Shown here: positions 8,029 through 15,588 of the stretch, in pieces
How the letters are laid out: the number at the start of each line of letters is the position of its first letter
How positions within the stretch are numbered: position 1 is the first letter of the stretch
The notes under the pieces: generated by a model
The model's input: only the letters and a program-made list of their open reading frames with translations
Databases searched by the model: none
Told to the model about the DNA's origin: nothing
NCBI RefSeq assembly: GCF_000744375.1
Contig: NZ_JQLU01000005.1
Coordinates: forward strand, 2,069,496-2,093,495
DNA from: Carnobacterium gallinarum DSM 4847
GTDB lineage: Bacteria; Bacillota; Bacilli; Lactobacillales; Carnobacteriaceae
DNA: 24,000 bases
Direction of reading: 5' to 3'
Program-made: the position numbers and the translations under genes

Positions 8029-8364
8029 ATGAGTAAGAAAAAGATTTATTTATTTTGTGATGCAGGAATGTCAACGAGTATTATGGTGAATAAAATGCAG
8101 GCAGTCGCGGATCAACATCAAATGCCTTTAGAAATCTCAGCTTATCCAGTAGCTCGTGCCATTGAAGTAGTCACAGCAGAAAAGCCAATCTGTATTTTAT
8201 TAGGTCCACAAGTTCGCTTTTTATTGCCAAAAATTACAGAACAATTTGAGCCATTAGGAATTCCTGTTGGTGGCATTGATCCTGAAATCTATGGCATGAT
8301 GGATGGCGAAAAGGCTTTAAAATCAGCATTAAAATTAATTAAAAGCAAGAAACAATCATCTTAA
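8029..8364 (+). CDS. PTS EIIB component, lactose/cellobiose family
   Basis: 111 aa. KIYLFCDAGMSTS with the phospho-Cys at residue 10 (codon 8056-8058). RBS GAGGAGG. Confidence 0.85.
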   Translation: MSKKKIYLFCDAGMSTSIMVNKMQAVADQHQMPLEISAYPVARAIEVVTAEKPICILLGPQVRFLLPKITEQFEPLGIPVGGIDPEIYGMMDGEKALKSALKLIKSKKQSS

Positions 8365-8419
8365 TTGATTGTTTTGCTAAGTCAGATTTATCTTTTGTCA
8401 AATTGAGAGGAGAGCAAAA

Positions 8420-9778
8420 ATGAAAAAACTTTTAGATGGGATGGAACGGGTTTTAATGCCGTTAGCTAAAATAATTGGAGAGAATAAATATTTAATTGCA
8501 ATTCGTGATGGTTTTTTAATTTCTACGCCAATGCTGATTATTGGTTCCTTGTTCTTATTAATTGCAAATTTTCCTTGGACAGGCTTTGGTGACTGGATGG
8601 CAAGTTTTCTAGGTGCAGACTGGGCAACAAAAATGTCTGTTCCAGCTTCAGCTAGTTTTGATGTGATGGCTATTTTAGCTGTTGTTGGAATTGGGTATAG
8701 TTTAGCGAAGCAGTTTGATATTGATGCAATTGCATCTGGTGTGTTATCGCTAGTCTTGTTTTTTATGGTGACCCCCTTCTTTACAAATTATACAATTGAA
8801 GGTACAAATGAGATTGTTAAAGTTACAAGTTTACCTTTAGAGTGGATGGGTTCAAAAGGACTTTTCTTAGGTATTATAGTTGCATTAGTCGGAACACGAA
8901 TATTTGCAGCAGTCATTAAAAAAGGCTGGGTTATTAAAATGCCGCCAGGAGTTCCGCCAACTGTAGTAAAATCTTTTGAAGCATTAATTCCAGGATTTAT
9001 TGTTATTTTTATTTTCTTTGTTATTAGTTGGCTGTTTACATTAACGTCATTTGGTAGCCTGCAATTATTTATTTTCAAATTCTTACAGACACCATTATTG
9101 AGTTTAGGTAATACTTTAGGAGCAATGATTATTGCGTATCTATTCTTACATTTCTTCTGGTTCTTTGGTATCAATGGTTCCAGTGTTGTAGGTGCGGTTT
9201 TTAATCCAGTTTTGAGAGCGTTATCAGTAGAGAATTTAGATGCGTTTAAAAGTGGCGCACCCATTCCAAATATTATTACAGGACAATTTCAAGATATGTT
9301 TGCTACATTTGGAGGTGCGGGTTCAACGTTATCTCTAATTGTTGTCATGGTTTTTGTTTGTAAGAGTCAGCGGATCAAAAAACTGTCTCAACTTTCCTTG
9401 ATTCCAGGTGTTTTCGGGATTAATGAACCGATTATTTTTGGCTTACCTATTGTGTTAAATCCAATATTATTAGTACCATTTGCTCTTGTTCCAACGATTA
9501 ATATTATTGTTGCTTACTTTGCTATGTCATGGGGATGGGTACCATTTACGAATGGAATTCAATTGCCTTGGACAATGCCGATTCTAATTTCAGGGTTCTT
9601 AGTGAGTGGTTGGCAAGGTGCTGTTTTACAGGGATTATTGTTTGTTTTAGGAATGTTTATCTACTATCCATTTATTAAAGTACTAGACGATCAATATTTG
9701 ATTGATGAGCAAAAATTATTAGCAGAAGAGGAAGATGACGACATTTCCTTTGATGATTTTGATTTTGATGAATTATAA
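8420..9778 (+). CDS. PTS EIIC permease, lactose/cellobiose family, with acidic C-terminal tail
   Basis: 452 aa polytopic protein. The N-terminus ...MPLAKIIGENKYLIAIRDGFLISTPMLIIGSLFLL is typical of CelB-type EIIC. The C-terminus is EEEDDDISFDDFDFDEL. Confidence 0.85.
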   Translation: MKKLLDGMERVLMPLAKIIGENKYLIAIRDGFLISTPMLIIGSLFLLIANFPWTGFGDWMASFLGADWATKMSVPASASFDVMAILAVVGIGYSLAKQFDIDAIASGVLSLVLFFMVTPFFTNYTIEGTNEIVKVTSLPLEWMGSKGLFLGIIVALVGTRIFAAVIKKGWVIKMPPGVPPTVVKSFEALIPGFIVIFIFFVISWLFTLTSFGSLQLFIFKFLQTPLLSLGNTLGAMIIAYLFLHFFWFFGINGSSVVGAVFNPVLRALSVENLDAFKSGAPIPNIITGQFQDMFATFGGAGSTLSLIVVMVFVCKSQRIKKLSQLSLIPGVFGINEPIIFGLPIVLNPILLVPFALVPTINIIVAYFAMSWGWVPFTNGIQLPWTMPILISGFLVSGWQGAVLQGLLFVLGMFIYYPFIKVLDDQYLIDEQKLLAEEEDDDISFDDFDFDEL

Positions 9779-9793
9779 GAGGTGGAAACAGAA

Positions 9794-10312
9794 ATGATAA
9801 AAGTGATACTTGTATTAAATCATGTTCAGGCTGGTTTTGGTAGTGATGAGAATGCTAGATTAGCCCCTGGTGGCAAGAAAAAAACTATTGGACCAGGAAT
9901 GACATTGGAGCCTTTGATTAAAGAATTAGGCGGAGAAATTGTGGCGACACTTTATTGTGGTGACCAGTATTTTCTAGAAAATCAGTTAGACGTTCAAAAA
10001 AAATTCATTGGATTTGCTAAGAAATTCGGAGCAGATGTCGTTTTGTGTGGTCCTGCGATGCACTATCCGAATTTTGGTGAAATGTGTGGTGGTTTAGCTA
10101 ATGCTTTTAATGAAGCGAATATTCCAGCAATTGCAGCAATGTCCATTGAGAATCCAGCAACTGAGAAATATAAATCCGTATGTCCAATTGTAAAAATGCC
10201 AAAAAAAGGTGGGATTGGGCTAAATGAATCCTTTAAACAAATGACTCAATTAGCCATAGCTAAAGGTCAAGGAGTAGATACAACTCAATTAGAAAAGGAC
10301 TTATGCTTTTAA
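9794..10312 (+). CDS. Stand-alone protein resembling the N-terminal domain of glycine/sarcosine/betaine reductase component B (GrdB/PrdB family); function unknown
   Basis: VILVLNHVQAGFGSDENA...GPGM...EIVATLYCGDQYF...VLCGPAMHYPNFGEMCG parallels the GrdB N-terminus as I recall it (VVHYINQFFAGIGGEEKA...GPGM...IVATVICGDNYF...AGPAFNAGRYG). It ends at TAA after 172 aa, far short of the GrdB Sec region. The track start is GTG 9782; ATG 9794 sits 8 nt after AAGAGGTGG. Confidence 0.55.
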   Translation: MIKVILVLNHVQAGFGSDENARLAPGGKKKTIGPGMTLEPLIKELGGEIVATLYCGDQYFLENQLDVQKKFIGFAKKFGADVVLCGPAMHYPNFGEMCGGLANAFNEANIPAIAAMSIENPATEKYKSVCPIVKMPKKGGIGLNESFKQMTQLAIAKGQGVDTTQLEKDLCF

Positions 10313-10336
10313 ATAAAAGAACGAAGGTGTAAGAAA

Positions 10337-11656
10337 ATGAAGAATTATCAACAAATTAGTGAGGCTGTTTCAGATCACCAGAAGACTTTTTTAGCTGGTT
10401 TAAAAAAAGTGATGCAAGTTGCAAGTGTGAAGGGAGAATCCTTGGTAGATGCGCCGTTTGGTGTAGAACCTAAAAGGGTCTTAGAAGTTGCTTTGGCTTT
10501 AGCAGAAGAATTAGGGTTTGAAACTAAATTGGTTAATAATGCGATGGGATATGTACAATATGGTCCAAATAATTCAGAGTATATTGGGATTGTGGGACAT
10601 TTGGACGTGGTTGAAGCTGGTGACGGCTGGAGTTATCCACCATTTGACTTAACTTTGGATGAACGTACTGGCAAAATATATGGACGTGGCATTTTGGACA
10701 ATAAAGGGCCAGCAATAAGTACGCTTTATGGCTTGTGGGTATTAAAGGAACTAAAAATTCCATTAACAAAAACAGTAAGGATTATTTTTGGAACAGATGA
10801 AGAAAGTGGTTCAGCAGATATTCCGTTGTATTTAGCCAAAGAGCAACCGCCTATCTATGGATTTACCCCAGATTGTAAATATCCAGCAGTTTATGGTGAA
10901 CGTGGCATGGTGGCTTTAACAATTAAAACAACATTACCAGCCCGTGAATTAGAGCAAATTCAACAATTAAAAGGAAACTTCACAAGAAGTTCTGTGCCAG
11001 ATAATCTAAAAGTACAACTGGCTAGTGGCGAATATAGGGTGGTTAAAGGAATTCGCGCTCCAAGTAATGCTCCTGATATGGGAGAAAACGTTATTACAAA
11101 ATTTGCTACTTTAGCTAGCTCACAGTCACTAATCACTGGAAAATTAAAAGATTATTTCACTTGGTTAAGTAATTCTTTAGATGGAAAGCATGATGGTAGT
11201 GGACTAGGAATTGACTTCTCTGATGAGGCCTCAGGAAAATTAATGCTAACTCCGTATGATTTTGAGCTTAAATCAGAAGAAATCTGGTTAACGCTATCAA
11301 TACGATACCCAATTTCAGTAACTGAAGCAGACATTTTAGCTGAGTTGAACCAGCATCTTCCTCTGAATAGCGTGATTGATGTTAGTAGAAGGATGCCTTC
11401 AACAAGCTTTCCAAAGGATCACCTAATGTTAAAGATAATGCAAGAGGTTTATGAGGCTTGTACTGGATTAGATGGAACGCCAGTTACTACTACTGGTGCC
11501 ACATATGCTCGAACAATGCCGAATATTATTGCTTTTGGACCTTCATTTCCTGGACAAAAAGGCATAGCCCATAATAAAGATGAGTACATGGATTTGACAG
11601 ACTTAATGAAAAATATGCAAATCTATGCGTTAACGATTGCTGAATTAGCAAAATAA
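10337..11656 (+). CDS. M20-family dipeptidase (PepV / Sapep-like)
   Basis: 439 aa. GIVGHLDVVEAGDGWSYPPF, GRGILDNKGP and FGTDEESG metal and catalytic motifs are typical of PepV-type M20A dipeptidases. Confidence 0.8.
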   Translation: MKNYQQISEAVSDHQKTFLAGLKKVMQVASVKGESLVDAPFGVEPKRVLEVALALAEELGFETKLVNNAMGYVQYGPNNSEYIGIVGHLDVVEAGDGWSYPPFDLTLDERTGKIYGRGILDNKGPAISTLYGLWVLKELKIPLTKTVRIIFGTDEESGSADIPLYLAKEQPPIYGFTPDCKYPAVYGERGMVALTIKTTLPARELEQIQQLKGNFTRSSVPDNLKVQLASGEYRVVKGIRAPSNAPDMGENVITKFATLASSQSLITGKLKDYFTWLSNSLDGKHDGSGLGIDFSDEASGKLMLTPYDFELKSEEIWLTLSIRYPISVTEADILAELNQHLPLNSVIDVSRRMPSTSFPKDHLMLKIMQEVYEACTGLDGTPVTTTGATYARTMPNIIAFGPSFPGQKGIAHNKDEYMDLTDLMKNMQIYALTIAELAK

Positions 11657-11658
11657 AA

Positions 11659-11704
11659 AAACTGCTCACTACATTTTATTTTAGATGTAGTGAGCAGTTT
11701 TTTG
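11659..11704 (+). terminator. Rho-independent terminator closing the glycosylasparaginase-PTS-dipeptidase unit
   Basis: Stem AAACTGCTCACTACAT (11659-11674) / ATGTAGTGAGCAGTTT (11685-11700), then a T run. Confidence 0.85.
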
Positions 11705-11731
11705 CTGGACTAGAAGCAAATTAGACTTTAG

Positions 11732-11759
11732 TTGGATTCTAAAGGTTACAGCCTATGAT
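11732..11759 (+). promoter_or_regulatory. Candidate sigma-A promoter of the TraX-family gene
   Basis: TTGGAT (11732-11737), 16-nt spacer, TATGAT (11754-11759). RBS AAGGAG precedes the ATG at 11798. Confidence 0.35.
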
Positions 11760-11797
11760 ATTCTTTTAAATAGATTGAAAGAAGGAGCGAGATAAAA

Positions 11798-12529
11798 ATG
11801 AAGAAAAATTTAACAAGCTTTCCTTTGAAAATAATAGCGATTGTGGCAATGACGCTAAATCATATAGGACAGGCATTTCACTTAGGAGATTACTCAGAAG
11901 TGTTATTTTTTGGTACAGAGTTTATTGGGAAATTAACTTTTCCAATTATGGCGTATTTATTAGTAGAGGGAGCATATTATACACGTAGTAAATGGAAATA
12001 TGCAGGTCGATTAGCTATCTTTTGGTTGCTTTCGATTTATCCTTTTCACTTAATACATGCTTTTAATAGTGCATTTGGTCCAATAGAATTCGTTAATAAT
12101 ATCTTTTTTACACTTTTAATGGGCTTAATTTTAATCATCTTTTACGAGAAGACTACTAATAAATGGATACATATAGGGTTAGTTGTCCTATTTTCGCTCT
12201 TAACGATTATGTCTGACTGGAATTTAATTGGAGTAATCATTATTTTTGGATTTTATCGAATTAAAAATCCAATAGTAAAGAAACTTATTCCTCCTATATA
12301 TGCAACCGTATTTTTATTTTCATTAATGTTGCTAATATTTATGATTTCTCCATCTTCCGTTCCAGCGTATATCGTAGTATCAGCCTTAGGTATTTTAATG
12401 GTGATACCATTATTATTGAAATACAATGGTAAACGAGGGTATTCCCCAACATGGTTAAAATGGGGATTTTATGCCTACTATCCGTTACATTTGCTGGCAA
12501 TTTTTATAGTGAAGATTTTGTTCTTTTAA
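11798..12529 (+). CDS. TraX-family integral membrane protein
   Basis: 243 aa polytopic protein. The N-terminal LKIIAIVAMTLNHIG motif resembles TraX-family proteins common in Firmicutes. No other conjugation genes are nearby. Confidence 0.55.
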   Translation: MKKNLTSFPLKIIAIVAMTLNHIGQAFHLGDYSEVLFFGTEFIGKLTFPIMAYLLVEGAYYTRSKWKYAGRLAIFWLLSIYPFHLIHAFNSAFGPIEFVNNIFFTLLMGLILIIFYEKTTNKWIHIGLVVLFSLLTIMSDWNLIGVIIIFGFYRIKNPIVKKLIPPIYATVFLFSLMLLIFMISPSSVPAYIVVSALGILMVIPLLLKYNGKRGYSPTWLKWGFYAYYPLHLLAIFIVKILFF

Positions 12530-12542
12530 AGTGAATAAAGTT

Positions 12543-12585
12543 AAACCTACGCCAATTTCTATTTTCTAGAAATTGGCGTAGGTTT
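12543..12585. terminator. Bidirectional terminator between convergent TraX-family and DUF218 genes
   Basis: 18-bp stem AAACCTACGCCAATTTCT (12543-12560) / AGAAATTGGCGTAGGTTT (12568-12585). Confidence 0.85.
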
Positions 12586-12587
12586 AG

Positions 12588-13637
12588 TTATTGAAATTGA
12601 GGTAGCCAGTAAGTGTTAAGAATTTTTGCCACAATAAGTGTCACTGCAATGAGACTAACAACAAGTATATGGAATTTTTTATGCATGACGATACTTGCGA
12701 TAAATTCACGAATCATTGCATTTGGCCAGTAATAAAAAGCTGTTTTTGCACCAATACCTTGAGCTGATAACCCAGCTTTTTTAGCGTAAATCCCAGCACG
12801 AAACAAATGGAAATTATTTGTTGAGAAAATTGCTCGATATCCAGTTGGACTTAATTTATCCATAATTTCTTTAGAAAATTGCATATTCTGGAGAGTGTTA
12901 ACTGAGCGATCTTCTACAAGTGTATCTTCAAACGGAATACCCTTTTCTTCAACCGCATATTTTTGCATAGCTACAGATTCGGCTAAATGTTCATCATCGC
13001 CACGGCCGCCAGAAAAAATTATTTTTGGTGGTTCTTGTTTCGCTTTTTGCTTTTCATAAAAGGCAATAGCATGATTGATTCGGTTTGCCAATAGCTTAGG
13101 AACTTTGTAGCCATCAATTAAGCCACTACCTAAAACAATAATGTAATCTTTATTCAGCTTTGGACGATAAAAGAGATAAATAAGCGAAGCCGTTAAGAAA
13201 TTAACAAAAATAAAAGCAAAATAAATTATGACTAAATCAATAAAATGAACTAAAATTTGCAAGATTGCAGGAAGCTGACTATTAATATTTGTAAACGAAA
13301 AGATTAAGGTAAATAAAATAGCAATACCAGCAAATAATGTTAGTAAATTAGCAAATCGCTTGCCTTCACGCTGTATCATTAAGCGAGCATTGAAGAAAGC
13401 AGCAATCATTAGAATGAATAAGCCAAACAATAAAATAAATATAAAAGCTAGCAAAAGAAAAGCCGTTAAGGTCATTAAAATTGGATTTTGGCTATCAAAG
13501 GCTAGATAGGCTATTGAAATACAGCTTGAGAATAAAACCAAATTAAACAAGAAACCATTAATAATTTTACGTCGATCATGCCAATAGGAACTAACAAAAA
13601 TAACAACTATAGCTAAATTTAGCCAGTAAAAAAACAT
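12588..13637 (-). CDS. Membrane protein with C-terminal DUF218 (YdcF/ElyC/SanA-like) domain
   Basis: 349 aa. About 5 N-terminal TM helices, then IIVLGSGL...IIFSGGRGDDEHLAESVAMQKY...DRSVNTLQN, typical of DUF218. Confidence 0.7.
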   Translation of the reverse strand: MFFYWLNLAIVVIFVSSYWHDRRKIINGFLFNLVLFSSCISIAYLAFDSQNPILMTLTAFLLLAFIFILLFGLFILMIAAFFNARLMIQREGKRFANLLTLFAGIAILFTLIFSFTNINSQLPAILQILVHFIDLVIIYFAFIFVNFLTASLIYLFYRPKLNKDYIIVLGSGLIDGYKVPKLLANRINHAIAFYEKQKAKQEPPKIIFSGGRGDDEHLAESVAMQKYAVEEKGIPFEDTLVEDRSVNTLQNMQFSKEIMDKLSPTGYRAIFSTNNFHLFRAGIYAKKAGLSAQGIGAKTAFYYWPNAMIREFIASIVMHKKFHILVVSLIAVTLIVAKILNTYWLPQFQ

Positions 13638-13759
13638 ATACCTACCTCCTAATAAATACGTCTGTCTATTTTATTATAACAAAAAAAGAAGAGCATAAAT
13701 AAGGAAATGAATGAATTTATAAGAAAAAATAATAAATTAGAGAAATAGTGTGAAAAATC

Positions 13760-13768
13760 TGATAAAAT
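13760..13768 (+). promoter_or_regulatory. Candidate extended -10 promoter of the NUDIX gene
   Basis: TGaTAAAAT at 13760-13768, 28 nt upstream of the ATG at 13796. Confidence 0.35.
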
Positions 13769-13795
13769 AGATAAAAAGTAGATAGGGGATTAGGT

Positions 13796-14242
13796 ATGAA
13801 CATAAAACGATTTGGAACTAAGGTTGAAGATCAAGACTACAAAGTACGCATTGGCGTTTATGCTCTTATTTTTAATCAAGATAAAACGCAACTATTAGTT
13901 GTATCACCACCAAATGGTTCTTATTTGTTGCCTGGGGGCGAAATGGAAGGTTTGGAAACACAGGCTGAAACCTTACATCGTGAAGTTATGGAAGAGCTGG
14001 GGTTTATTGTTGAGATTGGTATGTATTTAGGCGAAGCTGAAGATTATTACTACTCAACTTTTAGAAAACAATATTATCATAATCCAGGATATTTTTATAT
14101 GATCGATAGTTGGAAAGAAGAATGTCCACCATTAGAGGATTTCAACCGTCTAGAATGGATGAATACCGAAGTAGCAATTGAGCGATTAAAACGCGGTAGT
14201 CATAAATGGGCGATTCAACATTATCTAGAATTAAATAACTAA
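13796..14242 (+). CDS. NUDIX hydrolase
   Basis: 148 aa with a complete Nudix box GGEMEGLETQAETLHREVMEELGF (GX5EX7REUXEEXGU). Confidence 0.85.
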   Translation: MNIKRFGTKVEDQDYKVRIGVYALIFNQDKTQLLVVSPPNGSYLLPGGEMEGLETQAETLHREVMEELGFIVEIGMYLGEAEDYYYSTFRKQYYHNPGYFYMIDSWKEECPPLEDFNRLEWMNTEVAIERLKRGSHKWAIQHYLELNN

Positions 14243-14282
14243 TTAACAAAAAGAAGCTGGGACATAGGTTTTAAAATAGAGA

Positions 14283-14333
14283 AAACTGTAAGAAATCCAT
14301 TTTTACAAATGTTGATTTCTTACAGTTTTTTTA
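14283..14333 (+). terminator. Rho-independent terminator after the NUDIX gene
   Basis: Stem AAACTGTAAGAAATC (14283-14297) / GATTTCTTACAGTTT (14314-14328), then a T run. Confidence 0.8.
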
Positions 14334-14406
14334 TTTGTATTTAACAGATTTTTATCCGAAATAGTAGTTTTGCCCACTAACTTTGTTTACTATAAAGTGG
14401 ATAAAG

Positions 14407-14844
14407 TTAGATTTCTTGATAAGCAACTGCTTTAACGGTTACGTCAATATTGCCATTAGTTGCTTTAGAATAAGGACAAACAGTATGAGCTTTATCCGCT
14501 AATTCTTGAACTTGGCTTAATTCTTTCCCTTCAATGGCTACATCTAATTCAACGCCGATTTTAAAACCATTGTCTGTTGGATCAGCTAGCAATTCAACCG
14601 TTGCCGTTACTTGGGATTTTCCAGCAACCTTTTGTTGTCCCATGACTAATTCTAAGGCTGAATTAAAGCAAGCACTATATCCTAGAGCAAATAATTGTTC
14701 AGGATTGCTTCCTTGTCCTTTTCCGCCCATTTCTTTAGGTGTAGATACATTGACTGAAAAAGAACCATCAGGTAATTGACTTTTCCCATTACGTCCACCA
14801 GTATTAATTGCTTGAGTGTGATATAAAACTTTAGATTCTGTCAT
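14407..14844 (-). CDS. ohr: Organic hydroperoxide resistance protein (Ohr, OsmC/Ohr family)
   Basis: 145 aa. NPEQLFALGYSACF and HTVCPYSKATNGNIDV contain the two conserved Ohr cysteines. Confidence 0.85.
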   Translation of the reverse strand: MTESKVLYHTQAINTGGRNGKSQLPDGSFSVNVSTPKEMGGKGQGSNPEQLFALGYSACFNSALELVMGQQKVAGKSQVTATVELLADPTDNGFKIGVELDVAIEGKELSQVQELADKAHTVCPYSKATNGNIDVTVKAVAYQEI

Positions 14845-15330
14845 ATAAAAAATCTCCCTTCAACTTTTGTTAACGTATTCTACCTCTGTTATTCTAACGC
14901 ATCTAGGAAAGATTTGGCTACTAATGTGCTTGTGAATTCTAAGGATATGCTTGAATGTAATTCATGTTGTTCTACTGAAAAGTAAGGTTTTCATTCGTGC
15001 GGAATGTAAATAGAAATTAAAAAAAGTATCCAAATGAAAGAGCTTTGTTGCTATCATTAACCAGATATTGAACGAACTTTATCTTTGTAATCGAGGATTG
15101 CTTTTAGCATTTGATAGCTTGGATTAAGAGGATAAATGGGCGATATTCGGTTGTTTATTGATTCAAAAGGCTGCGGAAGTGAAGGATCTTACGATTCAAT
15201 GGAATCAAACGTTGAAGCAACAAATCTTGTTAAGAGATTTTATGTGGGATCGACAAGTAGCTGGATTAAGCTAGAAAGTAGTAAAGTATGATAAACTAAG
15301 TAAAAACCTAAATAAAAGGAGAGAATGCTG

Positions 15331-15510
15331 ATGCCATTTGTTCATATTGAAATGTTAACAGGGCGTACCCCTGAGCAGAAACAGCAATTAGTGAAGGAAG
15401 TAACGGAAGCCGTAGTCCGAAATACGGGAGCGCCTAGTGAAAAAATCCATGTGATTATTCGAGAAATGCTGCCAACTGAATATGCTCAGGATGGAGTATT
15501 TAAAGGGTAA
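15331..15510 (+). CDS. 4-oxalocrotonate tautomerase family enzyme
   Basis: Begins MPFVHIEMLTGRTPEQKQQL..., so ATG 15331 gives the obligatory N-terminal Pro1. RBS AAAGGAGAG 15316-15324. The track start 15325 would add Met-Leu. Confidence 0.8.
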   Translation: MPFVHIEMLTGRTPEQKQQLVKEVTEAVVRNTGAPSEKIHVIIREMLPTEYAQDGVFKG

Positions 15511-15588
15511 ACTTAATTTCTGTAGCAATCAAGAGTATGTTCTAAAACAATCAGCATACTCTTGACGGGAATCAAAGGAGGTAAGCTA

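Noticed and set aside
8350-8374. 9-bp AT-rich hairpin overlapping the EIIB stop codon as an internal terminator
   Set aside because: The stem is weak and only a short T4 follows, so it is probably insignificant. The EIIC gene has its own RBS and is likely co-transcribed.
9782-10312. Possibility that the GrdB-like gene is a selenoprotein with TGA read-through
   Set aside because: The ORF has no in-frame TGA and ends with TAA. The next gene starts 24 nt later with its own RBS, and no SECIS-like hairpin was noted.
8788-11334. Minus-strand ORFs 8788..9264, 10533..10769 and 11152..11334
   Set aside because: They are antisense to the EIIC and dipeptidase genes and have no independent support.
11798-12529. 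TraX-family gene as a sign of a conjugative or mobile element
   Set aside because: No relaxase, T4SS, integrase, recombinase or flanking repeats are visible. Stand-alone TraX-family genes are common chromosomal genes in Firmicutes.
14534-14779. 81-aa plus-strand ORF inside ohr
   Set aside because: It is antisense to a clear Ohr coding sequence.
15530-15564. 12-bp hairpin between the tautomerase and regulator genes as a terminator
   Set aside because: No U tract follows (it is followed by ACGGGAATC). It may be an RNA stability or processing element, but cannot be called a terminator from sequence.
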